This document shows positions 47,529-58,875 of a DNA stretch of 64,000 nucleotides, in pieces. The stretch is taken from IMG/VR virus record IMGVR_UViG_3300042864_000170. The stretch is one strand, 5' to 3'. Source of the DNA: an uncultured virus (IMG/VR IMGVR_UViG_3300042864_000170) (taxonomy: Duplodnaviria; Heunggongvirae; Uroviricota; Caudoviricetes). The position numbers and the translations under genes are program-made. The stretch's first letter is position 1; every line of letters starts with the position of its first letter. The notes beneath the pieces were generated by a model. The model was not told the origin of the DNA. It saw only the letters and a program-made list of their open reading frames with translations, and did not search any database.

Positions 47529-48311
47529 TTAGGTATATTTTATAAAATTAGTTCTATCCCAGTCCGGACCACGAAACTCCATTCTGTCATCAGTCCATCC
47601 TATGGGTTGATACCCGTAACAATCAAAATCCTGAGGATAAGTTGTTTTAGTTATAGTTACAGGATATTTTCGGTCTTTCATATCTTTAGATAATACATCT
47701 ATGCAAAACGTTTTATAAAAATCAAATGCTGGCGGTCTGCATAGATATGCTTTATTACATTGACCAACTAAAAACATTTTTAAATTTAATGGATGTTTTT
47801 CTAAATATGAAAAAGTGCTAGCTGTAACCTGAGGAAACATGGTTGAAAAGAAATCATCAACAATAACAACTCCATAGTCAGACAAAAAATGATCAGCTAA
47901 AATTAAATCTTTATAGCATTGTGCATAACTATGATCGCCATCAATATGAAACCATGAATAATCGCGAGAATGTTCTTGAAAAATAGAATAATGAAAATGC
48001 ACCAAACTGTTAGAATAATCATTTATTAATCTTAGATTTAATCCCTCAATCTTTGATAGTAAATTTGAATAAGTTGTGTCCATCCATTCACCGGGATCTA
48101 CAATCACCTGCTGTGTGTTGTTGGCCTGTGCATATAGCCCACTTAGCATTGCAGACTTTCCATGTAATACACCTATTTCTAAAAAATTACGCACAACTTT
48201 ATTTTCGGTTTGATAACCTAATAACGAGTCCCATACTAATGCACTGGGAAATTGTAAGGACCCTGGTATATCTTCAGATATAACATTATATTGATTTAAA
48301 AAACTTTTCAT
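47529..48311 (-). CDS. Class I SAM methyltransferase (Methyltransf_24-like)
   Basis: LEIGVLHGKS, HIDGDHSY, IVDD. Confidence 0.8.
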   Translation of the reverse strand: MKSFLNQYNVISEDIPGSLQFPSALVWDSLLGYQTENKVVRNFLEIGVLHGKSAMLSGLYAQANNTQQVIVDPGEWMDTTYSNLLSKIEGLNLRLINDYSNSLVHFHYSIFQEHSRDYSWFHIDGDHSYAQCYKDLILADHFLSDYGVVIVDDFFSTMFPQVTASTFSYLEKHPLNLKMFLVGQCNKAYLCRPPAFDFYKTFCIDVLSKDMKDRKYPVTITKTTYPQDFDCYGYQPIGWTDDRMEFRGPDWDRTNFIKYT

Positions 48312-50272
48312 TTTTTAAAATCTATTTCTGTGTAATTAACTATCTTAATAGGGATAACTTTGCTAGGCTCCTCTAAAACAGTTATTAGTTTTGGCCAACC
48401 AACTTGATCTCCATCTAAATGAGTGCCGTCGAGGTGTATTACAATACAATCATTTTCAAAATTATCTTCAACTCTAATTATTTTTCTTGTTTGAAGATCT
48501 GAAAACTGTACAATTTTACCAACTGTTAATTCTTCTAAAATGTAAGGAACATGTGAAAATAATATTGCAGGCCCCCAATTTCTAGCAACACCATTTAACC
48601 AATTCTCATCCGAATGCCGGCTAATTGCATAAACATTTGAACTTGGGGTACTTTTTAAGAAACCTGAATATTCGAATAAAAACTTTTTAGCTATTTGATC
48701 TTCGGGATGATCTTTAACCCATTCTGTGTAATAGTATATTGCTTTTTCTGGTTGACCTATTGCAATATAATATTGGGCAATGACTTGATTTCTATTGAGA
48801 AGATATGTCGACGGATAAGTGGTTTTTATACCTAAGTCGGAAACTAATCGACAAAAATCTTCAAATCTTTTTAATCGAACTAGGAATGTGTTATTACCAT
48901 CTACACTTTTCCAAAAAGTTCCGCCGAGTGTTTTGTCAATACCGAATTTTTCTGCGTTCTCCCATCCAGGAGTTCCGTTAGCAAATCCGCAAAATGCTGC
49001 ACTGGGATTTACATATAATTTATTTTTTGAATTACGTCTTAAAAACTCTAAGACCATTAATGAATCTTCTTCAGTTTCTCCCGGTAACCCAAACATGACA
49101 TTGTAAACTGCATTAAGTCCGGTCCTTGCATGAGATTCAGCAATTTTATCAATATCGGCACCTTTTGATAATAACTTTCCTACACTCCTCATAAGTGTAG
49201 GGTTTGGAGTTTCTAATCCGTAGGCCATGACCACACATCCGGACTGTTTTAATTTTATCATCAGTTCTTCGGTCATTTCTTTTCTAATAACTGCCTGTCC
49301 GGCCCATTGTATTTTAATTTTATTTTCAATGAGGTATTCGGCAAACTTTTCAATTGCGCTTATCTTCCCGTTACATAAACTATCTTGAAAGTCAATAAAG
49401 TCAATTTCAGGATATAATTTTAATTGGTACTTAACTTCTTCAATCATGCTTTCTGCAGACCGAAATCGATATGATTCCCAATAAGGTTGCTCATTACAGA
49501 ATATACATTTATTAGGACACCCTCGACTAGACGCCATTGGTAATCGTGTTGGGGATAGGTAAGGAGCTAATGAAAAATCACTGTAGTGGGGTATCGGAAG
49601 AGTGTCGATTTTTGGAATCATTGGCCTTGTTGGAGTAGCATGTACTGCTCCGTCTTTAAACACTAACAATCCAGGGCAATCGAGCAATGATTGATTTTTT
49701 CGAACACGCTCAATTATGTCTACTAATGTTTCTTCTCCCTCAGCCTGGGCGACTGCATCTATTAACGGATTTTTTGCCAAAACATTACCAGCTAGATATC
49801 GGTGGGCATGAGGACCACCGACAATAATCTTTAGCTCAGGCTTACGTGCTTTGAGCAGTTTGATAAGATGCATCGAAGTATGCATTGAAGTGTTGTATAA
49901 ACTAAATCCAACTAATGGTGTATTAGTCGACACCACTAACTCGACAAAGTCATCAATTTCTTTTTTGTATTCGGTTAACAGGTCATTAACGCAGTCTTTA
50001 GATTCCCAAAACCACTGAGATTGATCTATGTCCCACATTATGGAAAATTTCTCAGGTCTAATAGCAAAAAATTCAACATTTAAATCTAATGGTAAAATCT
50101 TGTATCCTTTCTGCCGAACATAGGCTGAAAGTGATGCTAAAGAAAGCGGAGCTGTTTGCACTCCCCATCCAGGTGCCTGGACTAGTATTATATCGGGATT
50201 GTTCAAATTACCATGATTTGTAGTTGAATTTGGAAAAACATCAGTTAGTAATTGTATAGATCTATCAGGCAT
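48308..50272 (-). CDS. Cobalamin-binding radical SAM enzyme
   Basis: PLSLASL, IVGGPH, EGE, SRGCPNKCIFC, GLPGET. Confidence 0.9.
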   Translation of the reverse strand: MPDRSIQLLTDVFPNSTTNHGNLNNPDIILVQAPGWGVQTAPLSLASLSAYVRQKGYKILPLDLNVEFFAIRPEKFSIMWDIDQSQWFWESKDCVNDLLTEYKKEIDDFVELVVSTNTPLVGFSLYNTSMHTSMHLIKLLKARKPELKIIVGGPHAHRYLAGNVLAKNPLIDAVAQAEGEETLVDIIERVRKNQSLLDCPGLLVFKDGAVHATPTRPMIPKIDTLPIPHYSDFSLAPYLSPTRLPMASSRGCPNKCIFCNEQPYWESYRFRSAESMIEEVKYQLKLYPEIDFIDFQDSLCNGKISAIEKFAEYLIENKIKIQWAGQAVIRKEMTEELMIKLKQSGCVVMAYGLETPNPTLMRSVGKLLSKGADIDKIAESHARTGLNAVYNVMFGLPGETEEDSLMVLEFLRRNSKNKLYVNPSAAFCGFANGTPGWENAEKFGIDKTLGGTFWKSVDGNNTFLVRLKRFEDFCRLVSDLGIKTTYPSTYLLNRNQVIAQYYIAIGQPEKAIYYYTEWVKDHPEDQIAKKFLFEYSGFLKSTPSSNVYAISRHSDENWLNGVARNWGPAILFSHVPYILEELTVGKIVQFSDLQTRKIIRVEDNFENDCIVIHLDGTHLDGDQVGWPKLITVLEEPSKVIPIKIVNYTEIDFKK

Positions 50273-50381
50273 AGCGGTATTTATTAAATAAAATACTGTT
50301 ATATTAACAACATTTGATCTCTCAGTAAATAGATGCTATATTTAGGGTTCCTAGTCTTGAAAAAAATATTGAAATTAAAGT

Positions 50382-50933
50382 ATGATAGTGAATAAGGATG
50401 CATTTAGTAGCGGTCAAATAGGAAGTAAGATTTGGCTCTGCGAAGAATTAGAAAAACTTTTTGATTCTGTCGATAGTATTTGGATCTACGGCGGATGGTA
50501 TGGAGTAACAGCGTTCCTATTAAACAGTCGAGGCAATATACAGATTGGAAAGATACGCAGTTACGACGTTGATCCAAAATGCGAAGCTGTGGCGGACATG
50601 ATCAACGAGAATTGGGTTATAGATAACTGGAAGTTTAAAGCTAAAACCCAGGACTGTAATCTACTTGATCTGGACTGGCACGGCCCAGATTTGGTTATAA
50701 ATACAAGCACCGAACACTTCGAAAGTTTGGATTGGTGGAACAGTATCCCAAAAGGAACCACTGTAGTACTTCAAGGCAACAATATGCCGCACGAAGACCA
50801 CCACATACACAGCAGTAGTTTAGACGAGTTCATCGGGACTTATCCAGTTAGTAACCTACTGTACCGCGGCCAAAAAGACTTTGAGTACCCCACTTGGAAG
50901 TTCTCAAGATTTATGCTTATTGGCATTAAGTAA
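50382..50933 (+). CDS. SAM-dependent methyltransferase-like protein
   Basis: YGGWYG, SYDVD, INTSTEH. Confidence 0.65.
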   Translation: MIVNKDAFSSGQIGSKIWLCEELEKLFDSVDSIWIYGGWYGVTAFLLNSRGNIQIGKIRSYDVDPKCEAVADMINENWVIDNWKFKAKTQDCNLLDLDWHGPDLVINTSTEHFESLDWWNSIPKGTTVVLQGNNMPHEDHHIHSSSLDEFIGTYPVSNLLYRGQKDFEYPTWKFSRFMLIGIK

Positions 50934-51032
50934 TCCTAGATTTTACCAAAACCGGTTGCTTTTTACCAACTTTGACTGTATAATAGTCATTGTTGTATAA
51001 TTATTTTACCACTAACGAAAAAGGAGGTCTAT

Positions 51033-51614
51033 ATGACTGAGTTAACGCTAGATAGGGATCAAGATACACAGGTGCAAGTTTCTTCGACTTTGTTGAAGAT
51101 CATCACATTATTGTTGATGATTGTAGCTGCTTATGGATCTGTATCTCTATTACAATGGGCCATTGCTAACAAGCAATCTAATTATCAAGTAACAGATAGT
51201 TCCCAAATTACAACAGAAGTTCGCGAAAGACAATTAGCTTGTCTCGCCAAGAACATCTATTATGAAGCAGGCAATCAGCCGTTTGAGGGCAAGGTTGCAG
51301 TTGCACAAGTTACAATAAACAGAACTGAAAGCGGGCAGTATCCAAGCGATATCTGCAAGACAATCTATCAAAAGAACATTGTCTATGAAAAGGTCCTATG
51401 CCAATTTAGTTGGGTCTGTGACAGGACTGTTCCAACTAGGGCAGTGAACAAGGCTTCTTTTAAAGAAAGCGAAGAAGTCGCTAAGAAAGTTCTACTAGAA
51501 GGATTTCGCCTTCCTAGCCTAAAAGAGGCCATGTACTTCCACGGTGATTATATCAATCCAGGCTGGAAGAGAGAACGTATCACTAAAATCGGCAATCACA
51601 TTTTTTACAAGTAA
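51033..51614 (+). CDS. SleB/Hydrolase_2 cell-wall hydrolase with N-terminal TM
   Basis: CLAKNIYYEA, AVAQVTINR, CQFSW, IGNHIFY. Confidence 0.9.
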   Translation: MTELTLDRDQDTQVQVSSTLLKIITLLLMIVAAYGSVSLLQWAIANKQSNYQVTDSSQITTEVRERQLACLAKNIYYEAGNQPFEGKVAVAQVTINRTESGQYPSDICKTIYQKNIVYEKVLCQFSWVCDRTVPTRAVNKASFKESEEVAKKVLLEGFRLPSLKEAMYFHGDYINPGWKRERITKIGNHIFYK

Positions 51615-51622
51615 GGACAAGT

Positions 51623-51943
51623 ATGTTTATCATTGATCAAATTAAAGACGCAGTATTATTTCTTGTTAAATTTGCTAAAGATCACCTTGGGCATGTAAGT
51701 GCCCATACATTAGGTTGGGTTACAATTATCCTACTGCATCTGTCTAGTATTCCTACTCTTGTAGCAGTATTGATGGCGCAGAGCGATAAGCTGCCTCCTG
51801 TAGATTTAATGGTATTTGTTTGGAGTGCATTGATCACGCTGTTTTTTAAAGCTCTTATTGAACGTAACTTCTTGTACATTGCTACTATCTGTTTGGGCTT
51901 TGCGGCACAGACAGTAATTATGAGTTTGATCCTATTCAAATAA
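51623..51943 (+). CDS. Three-TM membrane protein
   Basis: Hydrophobic; follows the hydrolase. Confidence 0.6.
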   Translation: MFIIDQIKDAVLFLVKFAKDHLGHVSAHTLGWVTIILLHLSSIPTLVAVLMAQSDKLPPVDLMVFVWSALITLFFKALIERNFLYIATICLGFAAQTVIMSLILFK

Positions 51944-51951
51944 ATAAATCT

Positions 51952-52203
51952 ATGCGAATCACAGAACTACTTGCCGAAAAGAAAATAGCCGCACCTACTG
52001 CTAGCCAATGCTCTATTGGGCGTTCTAGATTGAGTAATGTGCGCTATTCACAATGCGTGAGCCGCGGCATGCTTAAACATGATAGCAATCATACTGACGG
52101 TACGGGTACACAGGGCAAGGCAGGCAGCGGTGTAAGACTCAAAGGCAAAAAGTCTAAGAGTGAATTACACGGCGGCCCTGTTAAAGACTACGACAGTAAA
52201 TGA
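51952..52203 (+). CDS. Small basic late protein (MRITELL)
   Basis: TAAATA 5 nt upstream. Confidence 0.6.
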   Translation: MRITELLAEKKIAAPTASQCSIGRSRLSNVRYSQCVSRGMLKHDSNHTDGTGTQGKAGSGVRLKGKKSKSELHGGPVKDYDSK

Positions 52204-52557
52204 TTACCACTCGTCATTCTGATTGAGTTTCAGCACGGCCGTTTCTAACAACTCGTGATGATCTAACTCGGCGAAACACTTGTCGAGTTCATATATTTTT
52301 TCTTCGTTATTAAAATTAGTTTCCCATTCCGAAACGCCTAACATTTCCATTAGTTCTGTAAACGTTATAGTCTCTCCCCGAACCTGGCTAACCCAAATAC
52401 AGGTTAAGAAACTGCACATAAAAATCACACGTTGATTTTCTATACCGTATTCTTCGCACCATTCTAAAGTTTTATTCAAATAGTAGTCGATGTCGTCAAT
52501 ACGATGCTCTAACTGTATGATCCATTCTTTAGTATCATCTCTAGACCAGTATGCCAT
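52204..52557 (-). CDS. Hypothetical acidic protein
   Basis: TAATG-coupled to the upstream Cys-rich ORF. Confidence 0.6.
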   Translation of the reverse strand: MAYWSRDDTKEWIIQLEHRIDDIDYYLNKTLEWCEEYGIENQRVIFMCSFLTCIWVSQVRGETITFTELMEMLGVSEWETNFNNEEKIYELDKCFAELDHHELLETAVLKLNQNDEW

Positions 52558-52721
52558 TAATTGTACCCTCTGCTATTATCTAATTCTATGCACTCTGGAC
52601 ATTCGCAGTCCGGGCAGTATTCGCATTCAGTACAACTATGATTGCAGTGTGCAGGACATCCGCATTTGCATTTAGCTGTAAATCGTTTGTAGTTTTGAAA
52701 GTCATCCATGTATTGTTCCAT
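52557..52721 (-). CDS. 54-aa metallothionein-like Cys-rich protein (not in ORF track)
   Basis: [43 protein letters not shown] upstream. Confidence 0.7.
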   Translation of the reverse strand: MEQYMDDFQNYKRFTAKCKCGCPAHCNHSCTECEYCPDCECPECIELDNSRGYN

Positions 52722-52761
52722 GTTTTTCTCCTGCTTGGATATTTATAGTGTAAATAGTAGT

Positions 52762-53085
52762 ATGATCAACATAACATCAAATGCTAAGACAAAGATTACA
52801 GACCTCCTAATGGAGGAAAATAATCCAAAACTTGCCTTAAGAACCTTTGTACAAGGTGGCGGCTGTTCTGGATTTAGTTACGGATTTACCTTTGATGAAG
52901 AATTTAACGAAGATGATTTCCAATTTCCAATTGGTGAATTTAAAGTCGTAGTAGATGCTATGAGTATGCAGTATCTACAAGGTGCCGAAATTGATTACAA
53001 AGAAGATCTTTCCGGATCTAGCTTTTCAATAAAAAATCCAAACGCTCAATCCACTTGCGGCTGCGGCAGTAGCTTCTCCATTTAA
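52762..53085 (+). CDS. erpA: A-type Fe-S cluster carrier (ErpA/IscA)
   Basis: [24 protein letters not shown]; start reassigned to 52762. Confidence 0.9.
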   Translation: MINITSNAKTKITDLLMEENNPKLALRTFVQGGGCSGFSYGFTFDEEFNEDDFQFPIGEFKVVVDAMSMQYLQGAEIDYKEDLSGSSFSIKNPNAQSTCGCGSSFSI

Positions 53086-53103
53086 ATTTTGGTAAAATGT
53101 CCA

Positions 53104-53132
53104 TTGACACTGTTCCAAAAATGTTGTATAAT
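53104..53132 (+). promoter_or_regulatory. sigma70 promoter for ligase
   Basis: TTGACA-N17-TATAAT. Confidence 0.75.
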
Positions 53133-53163
53133 TGTCTTATCGTAACACACTAATGAAACACAC

Positions 53164-54456
53164 ATGACAACTCCTTGCGATGCAGTAATCCGCAGTCTGG
53201 AAGAACACTCCAGCCGACTAAACAAAGAAGCAATCCTAGAAGCAGAAATCGACAACGTAGAGTTGTTTGAAGGCTTTCAACTGGCTCTAAGTCCATTTAT
53301 TACATTTGGTGTAAAGAAAGTACCTACCAGCACAGGTGGTAGCGGACAGGGTCTGCCTTGGGTTGCATTTAAAGAACTGTGCGAACTTCTACGCACTCGA
53401 CAACTAACAGGCGATGCCGCACGTGATGCAATCGAATTGGCATTGAGTGCAAGCACACAGAAGCAATGGAATGATTGGTATCGTCGTATCCTAATCAAGG
53501 ATCTCCGTTGCGGTGTTAGTGAAAAGACTATCAATAAGATTAAGAAAGACGCTGTACCATTGTTCGAGTGCATGTTGGCTCACGACGGCGCCAACCACGA
53601 AAGCAAAGTCGCAGGTAAGAAACTGCTTGAGCCTAAACTGGACGGTGTTCGTGCTGTGTTGATTGTTGATGCCGATGCTAAGACTGCAACTGTCTACAGC
53701 CGCAATGGCAAAATTTTAGAAAACTTTGGACACATTACCAAAGGCATTGAAGATAACATCGAACTGTTTGATCGCAGTATTGTCATTGACGGTGAAGTGG
53801 TTAGCTCTAGCTTCCAAGCACTAATGAAACAGGTACATCGTAAAAGCGATGCAGATGCCAGCGATGCACGACTGATGGCCTTTGATGTTCTTCCACTTAG
53901 TGAATTCCGAAAAGGTAAAAGCATTCTGGGACAACGCCGTCGTAGTAATCTCCTACGCAGTATGCAGTCTGTACTGGATAAGATTGGGAACATTGATATT
54001 ATTCCTCAACTTGAAGTGGATCTAGACACAGCAGTTGGTGAAATGCAATTTAAACAATATAACAAAGATGCCATTGATGCAGGGTTTGAAGGCATTATGA
54101 TCAAAGACATTGATGCACCTTATGTCTGTAAGCGTCATGTGGCGTGGCTCAAACAAAAGCCATTTATCGAAGTAAGTTTAACCATTGTGGGCATCGAGCC
54201 AGGAACAGGTAAAAATGAAGGCAAAATGGGCGCAGTTATCTGCGAAGGCGAAGAGGATGGCAAGTTCATCCGTGTTAATGTTGGCTCTGGCTGGACAGAT
54301 GATCAGAGAGCCGAAGTTGACGATGAGGTTATTGGTCAAGTCTTGGAAGTGCGAGCAGATGCAATTACTCGGAGCCAAGATAGTGAAGACGTATACAGCC
54401 TCCGATTTCCACGGGCTCTTCGATTCCGAGGTTTTAAAGCAGGTGAGAAACTATAA
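53164..54456 (+). CDS. ATP-dependent DNA ligase
   Basis: EPKLDGVR, DGE, EGIMIK, LRFPR. Confidence 0.92.
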   Translation: MTTPCDAVIRSLEEHSSRLNKEAILEAEIDNVELFEGFQLALSPFITFGVKKVPTSTGGSGQGLPWVAFKELCELLRTRQLTGDAARDAIELALSASTQKQWNDWYRRILIKDLRCGVSEKTINKIKKDAVPLFECMLAHDGANHESKVAGKKLLEPKLDGVRAVLIVDADAKTATVYSRNGKILENFGHITKGIEDNIELFDRSIVIDGEVVSSSFQALMKQVHRKSDADASDARLMAFDVLPLSEFRKGKSILGQRRRSNLLRSMQSVLDKIGNIDIIPQLEVDLDTAVGEMQFKQYNKDAIDAGFEGIMIKDIDAPYVCKRHVAWLKQKPFIEVSLTIVGIEPGTGKNEGKMGAVICEGEEDGKFIRVNVGSGWTDDQRAEVDDEVIGQVLEVRADAITRSQDSEDVYSLRFPRALRFRGFKAGEKL

Positions 54457-54457
54457 T

Positions 54458-54700
54458 ATGGATAAAGAAGCTGTTAAAAATTTAATGTTCGGAGGCTTCT
54501 GCGAGTTGGCCAGGGACGATCGATTCTACCACCGCAGTGCCGTAGGTCCAGAATACTGTTATTTTACTGATCGGGGCAAGATTGCCATAACGGACTTTAT
54601 GATTCAAATGGCAGTAAATATACACAAAGCTGAAGTAGCTGATTTAGATAGGAGAGCTAAAGAAATGGTCATTAAAGGACTTAAAGGAGAAAGTGTTTAA
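54458..54700 (+). CDS. Hypothetical protein
   Basis: Start MDKEAV right after the ligase. Confidence 0.6.
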   Translation: MDKEAVKNLMFGGFCELARDDRFYHRSAVGPEYCYFTDRGKIAITDFMIQMAVNIHKAEVADLDRRAKEMVIKGLKGESV

Positions 54701-54702
54701 TC

Positions 54703-54921
54703 GTGGCTAAAGAAGATATGATCAGCCTTGAGGGCAGGATCGAAGAAGTACTACCCAACGCAATGTTTCGGGTAAGGTTGGAACAAGGTTCCGCAGTTCT
54801 GGGATTCATCTCGGGCAAGATGCGACAGAACAGAATTCAAATACTGTTAGGGGATAGAGTTAGGGTAGAAATGAGCCCATACGACTTAACTAAATGTCGT
54901 ATAGTATATCGTTCAAAATAA
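54703..54921 (+). CDS. infA: Translation initiation factor IF-1
   Basis: [35 protein letters not shown]. Confidence 0.95.
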   Translation: MAKEDMISLEGRIEEVLPNAMFRVRLEQGSAVLGFISGKMRQNRIQILLGDRVRVEMSPYDLTKCRIVYRSK

Positions 54922-54933
54922 AATTTGGGTCAT

Positions 54934-54963
54934 AAAAAAAGCACCTTACGGTGCTTTTCTTTT
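54934..54963. terminator. Bidirectional intrinsic terminator
   Basis: A7-GCACC-TTAC-GGTGC-T tract between convergent genes. Confidence 0.8.
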
Positions 54964-55474
54964 ATCCTAAGTAGTTGGCCCACGATGGGTGTGGTATATC
55001 CCACTTTTGCTGTCTACGCTTGTCTACTAATTGATAGTAGGTGGGCTTAACTGGCTTGTGCTTTGGCACAATCTTCTTGTCGTTACCCTTGTTTGCATTA
55101 CAGCTCGCGCAGGCGCAGACAGTGTTTTCAAAGGTAGTCTTACCACCGTGACTAACTGGCAGCACGTGGTCTAACGTGGCTGTTTTACGGCTTACATCAT
55201 CCCCACAGTACTGGCATGTATAGCCATCACGAAGGAACACATTATGTTTGGAATAACGAATTGCAGTCTTGCGCTTTTCGTACTCGCGAAGAATCATAAC
55301 GGCAGGAACCTGTGTTTCCCAGTTTGCACTATGCACGACCCAATTATCGTAGACATCTAACACAGTGGCTTTTTCAAGCACTATGAACTTAATAGATTCT
55401 TCCCAGGAAATTGTGCTCAACGGTAGCCAAGAAATCGGGGCTCCGTCTGCATTTAACAATAATGTCGAACTCAT
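54962..55474 (-). CDS. HNH endonuclease (McrA-like)
   Basis: RDGYTCQYCG, DHVLPVSHGG, CASCNANK. Confidence 0.9.
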   Translation of the reverse strand: MSSTLLLNADGAPISWLPLSTISWEESIKFIVLEKATVLDVYDNWVVHSANWETQVPAVMILREYEKRKTAIRYSKHNVFLRDGYTCQYCGDDVSRKTATLDHVLPVSHGGKTTFENTVCACASCNANKGNDKKIVPKHKPVKPTYYQLVDKRRQQKWDIPHPSWANYLG

Positions 55475-55550
55475 TTACTACTTTCAAAGGTTGTTGTGAC
55501 CCAGTATTTATTATACAGTCATTTACCATAAAGAGCAACTAAATAGTCAT

Positions 55551-55838
55551 ATGAGTCACTCAACTTTTATACATTCCGGCATTGTAAACCCTGCCAAACC
55601 AAATATTACAGTAAAGGAGTCCGCAGATGCTGTTGATACAGTAACATTGGATATTCCATTACTTACTCGAATTTTAGAACTAGCCCGCGAGGACGTAAAA
55701 TCGGATGCAGACCTGCACTTTGTTATCACTAACATTTTGGCTATTAAGAACAAGGGTGTACTCACTATGCAAGATTATGACAAGATTCTAGAGAAACCGG
55801 ATCAGTTAGAGTCAATTAGAAAACTAGCAGGATTATAA
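55551..55838 (+). CDS. Small late protein
   Basis: TAAATA 5 nt upstream; IRKLAGL C-terminus. Confidence 0.6.
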   Translation: MSHSTFIHSGIVNPAKPNITVKESADAVDTVTLDIPLLTRILELAREDVKSDADLHFVITNILAIKNKGVLTMQDYDKILEKPDQLESIRKLAGL

Positions 55839-55840
55839 AA

Positions 55841-58540
55841 ATGACCATTCAAGTTATCAATACAGGTTCTAATGCAAACTCAGGCGACGGTGACAGCATA
55901 CGATCTGCATTTATCAAAGTAAATCAAAATTTTACAGAAATTGCCACACTGCTAGGAACAACTGGTACTGATTTTACAGAAGCAGTAGCAGACGCTGGTG
56001 CTACGCTATTAGTTCATAGTAGTCATAGTGGCATGACTGCTGTATATAATGATGCATTAAATATTGTTCAATTTACTGTAGCTGCCGGTCCTACCGGCCC
56101 TGCTGGGCCACAAGGTGAGACTGGCCCAACTGGCCCTGCCGGTACCGGGGGCGGATTTTCAACCACGTCGTCTCTGGTTAACGGATCTTTTGTTACTAGT
56201 CTAAATAGCTTTGGAAACTTAGTAACTTCCGGTAATGTATTACCCAATGCTAGTAACCAATTTAACTTAGGATCTGACCTACGTAGATGGAATACCGTCT
56301 ATGTTAACACACTTACCATTCGTCAAGCTATTGTTGTTGGAGGTTATGATAGTGACAATTATAGTAGAATACGTCACTTAGAATCAACTCCATTTACCGG
56401 AGGTGAATATCGAGCATACGGATTCGCCTCGGCATACGAGCAATCAACAGTTTTAGTAAATGAAGATGCAAACATAAATCAAGTTTTATTTCTAGGGGAT
56501 ACGGGACCGGGTGATTCACAGACATTATTCGGTATCGGTGTTGCTGACAATTCATTTGAAACCTATACAGTCCCTACCACCGGACAGGAAACTACCTGGG
56601 TTAAAAAGTTAGAACTAACTGGACAAGGCAATCTATACCTAAACAGTGGAACGATACATGTAGCATCTACATCCATGTACTTTGACAATTACCAAGTATC
56701 TGTAGATCCAACAACCGGAATTAGTATAGATGGTATTAGACAAGGAAGAGTAAATCCTGGTCAATTTGGAAGATTTGCACTCTACGGAACAACTAATAAT
56801 ACAGAAATTTCTCCTAGTTTAGCAATGTCTTACAATTTCGATAGTCAGGTAATTTTTATTGGTGGTGCTACCTCTAATACTGGTACAAGTGTTGCTTGGT
56901 CTAGAGAACTTTTTATACCAGGTGCCGCAGGTTGGTCATTTTCACAACACTTTGATCAACCAGATGCATTAGATTTTAGATGGGTTAGAACTAGAGGAAC
57001 AGCAACTGCACCAACACCTTTGTTAGAAAATGATAATATTGCAGAGCTTGTGTTTTCAACTCGAACTCCAACACAATTCATGGCTCCCGCAAGAATACAC
57101 GTTCGAGTTGAAAACACAGGGACTTTCCCCACTGCCAAGTTTATGTTTTTTACTAACTCCGGAACTACTACTACTAGCATAGTTTCATCGGAGCTTTCAT
57201 CAACAGGAACATTTAAGTTTACAAAGATAGGGTCACTGGCAACAGGTACAGACTTACAAGTGCAAAACAGTTTAATTCCAACAGATGATATAAGATTTGA
57301 TTTAGGTAGTGCTGATAAACAATGGCGTAGTTTGTATGTTGGGACTAGCACCGTATATTTTGGCGGTATTCCTTTGCAAGTTACACTCGAAGGTGATATA
57401 AGTGTAAATGGTATTGTAGTTGCAAGTACCGGATCACAAGGACTAACTGGCCCACAAGGACCTGCTGGTGGTCAAGGAGCTGTAGGTCCAACTGGTCCTG
57501 CTGGTCCACAAGGCGTTCAAGGAGACGTGGGTCCAACTGGCCCTGCCGGTGGTCAAGGATCGGTAGGTGCAACTGGCCCTGCTGGTCCACAAGGCGTTCA
57601 AGGAGACGTGGGTCCAACTGGCCCATCCGGTGGCCCGCAAGGTCCACAAGGCGTTCAAGGAGACGTAGGTCCACAGGGGCCTACTGGTGCAACTGGCCCT
57701 GCTGGTCCACAAGGCGTTCAAGGAGACGTGGGTCCAACTGGCCCATCCGGTGGCCCGCAAGGTCCACAAGGCGTTCAAGGAGACGTGGGTCCAACTGGCC
57801 CACAGGGTGTTCAAGGAGCTGTAGGTCCAACTGGTCCAACTGGACCATCAGGTGCTCAAGGAATTCCAGGCGATACAGGACCTACAGGTGCAGGCCCAAC
57901 TGGTCCACAAGGACCATCTGGTGATACAGGACCTACTGGCCCATCAGGCGCCACTGGACCAGCAGGACCGGCAAGCGCAGTAGCAGGACCTTCGGGTCCT
58001 ACTGGGCCATCGGGACCCACAGGAGTCGACGGGGCCACAGGACCCACCGGGCCAACCGGGCCATCAGGACCTAGTGGAGCAAACGGCATAGGATTTATTG
58101 GACCATCAGGGCCAACTGGGCCAAGTGGTTCACAAGGCGTTCAAGGAAACGTAGGTCCAACTGGTCCACAAGGAGTAACTGGACCACAAGGACCACAAGG
58201 CGATACAGGGCCAACTGGCCCTAGTGCTTCTATTACGTGGTCAGTATCATCTACTGGAACTAGTGATTACGTATTCAGCGGACCCGGTGTAGTTGCAGGC
58301 AACACTAATGATCCTGTGCTATATCTATACAGAGGATTTACCTATACTTTTATCAACACTACGGGTGGCAGTCATCCCTTTGCTATTAGAGTAAGTGACG
58401 GCGGCGCAGCTTATACTGACGGCGTTTCAGGCAGTCAAGCAGGCACACAGACATTTACTGTGCCAATGAATGCACCATCTACACTGTATTATCAATGCAC
58501 TATCCATGGCGTAATGGGTAATGTTATCAACATAGTCTAA
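55841..58540 (+). CDS. Collagen-like tail fibre/virion protein
   Basis: N-terminal [16 protein letters not shown]; long Gly-X-Y tract; C-terminal LYYQCTIH..M. Confidence 0.8.
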   Translation: MTIQVINTGSNANSGDGDSIRSAFIKVNQNFTEIATLLGTTGTDFTEAVADAGATLLVHSSHSGMTAVYNDALNIVQFTVAAGPTGPAGPQGETGPTGPAGTGGGFSTTSSLVNGSFVTSLNSFGNLVTSGNVLPNASNQFNLGSDLRRWNTVYVNTLTIRQAIVVGGYDSDNYSRIRHLESTPFTGGEYRAYGFASAYEQSTVLVNEDANINQVLFLGDTGPGDSQTLFGIGVADNSFETYTVPTTGQETTWVKKLELTGQGNLYLNSGTIHVASTSMYFDNYQVSVDPTTGISIDGIRQGRVNPGQFGRFALYGTTNNTEISPSLAMSYNFDSQVIFIGGATSNTGTSVAWSRELFIPGAAGWSFSQHFDQPDALDFRWVRTRGTATAPTPLLENDNIAELVFSTRTPTQFMAPARIHVRVENTGTFPTAKFMFFTNSGTTTTSIVSSELSSTGTFKFTKIGSLATGTDLQVQNSLIPTDDIRFDLGSADKQWRSLYVGTSTVYFGGIPLQVTLEGDISVNGIVVASTGSQGLTGPQGPAGGQGAVGPTGPAGPQGVQGDVGPTGPAGGQGSVGATGPAGPQGVQGDVGPTGPSGGPQGPQGVQGDVGPQGPTGATGPAGPQGVQGDVGPTGPSGGPQGPQGVQGDVGPTGPQGVQGAVGPTGPTGPSGAQGIPGDTGPTGAGPTGPQGPSGDTGPTGPSGATGPAGPASAVAGPSGPTGPSGPTGVDGATGPTGPTGPSGPSGANGIGFIGPSGPTGPSGSQGVQGNVGPTGPQGVTGPQGPQGDTGPTGPSASITWSVSSTGTSDYVFSGPGVVAGNTNDPVLYLYRGFTYTFINTTGGSHPFAIRVSDGGAAYTDGVSGSQAGTQTFTVPMNAPSTLYYQCTIHGVMGNVINIV

Positions 58541-58570
58541 TCAGTGTTAACTTACGAGTAAATACACATT

Positions 58571-58873
58571 ATGAGAGCAACTGAAATTATTCGTGGCGTA
58601 CTGGATCTTATTGATCAAGTTGAGTGCGCCCAACAATCTACACAGCAAGATCCGATCGGTGGTGCCTTTGCACAACTGTTTGCACAATTATCAGCAGAAC
58701 CTGTAGAAGTTAAATCTGCTGGCATGTATGACAACAGTCCAGACGTGCATGTACAAGGCATTGACAGCGTGACCACAGCCGCAGGGCTAGGCGGACTAAA
58801 CGGTCCTAAAAACCCTAGTGACATTAGATCAGACAGCGTAAGCATGTATCCAAACTTTCAAACCAAGGAATAA
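58571..58873 (+). CDS. Small late protein (MRATEII)
   Basis: TAAATA 6 nt upstream. Confidence 0.6.
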   Translation: MRATEIIRGVLDLIDQVECAQQSTQQDPIGGAFAQLFAQLSAEPVEVKSAGMYDNSPDVHVQGIDSVTTAAGLGGLNGPKNPSDIRSDSVSMYPNFQTKE

Positions 58874-58875
58874 CA

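Noticed and set aside
54185..54457. Long N-terminal extension of ORF 54185-54700
   Set aside because: It overlaps the ligase 3' end out of frame; ATG 54458 is the likelier start
35721..55474. GIY-YIG (35721) and HNH (54962) as intron-borne homing endonucleases
   Set aside because: Both are free-standing with their own promoter signals and interrupt no gene
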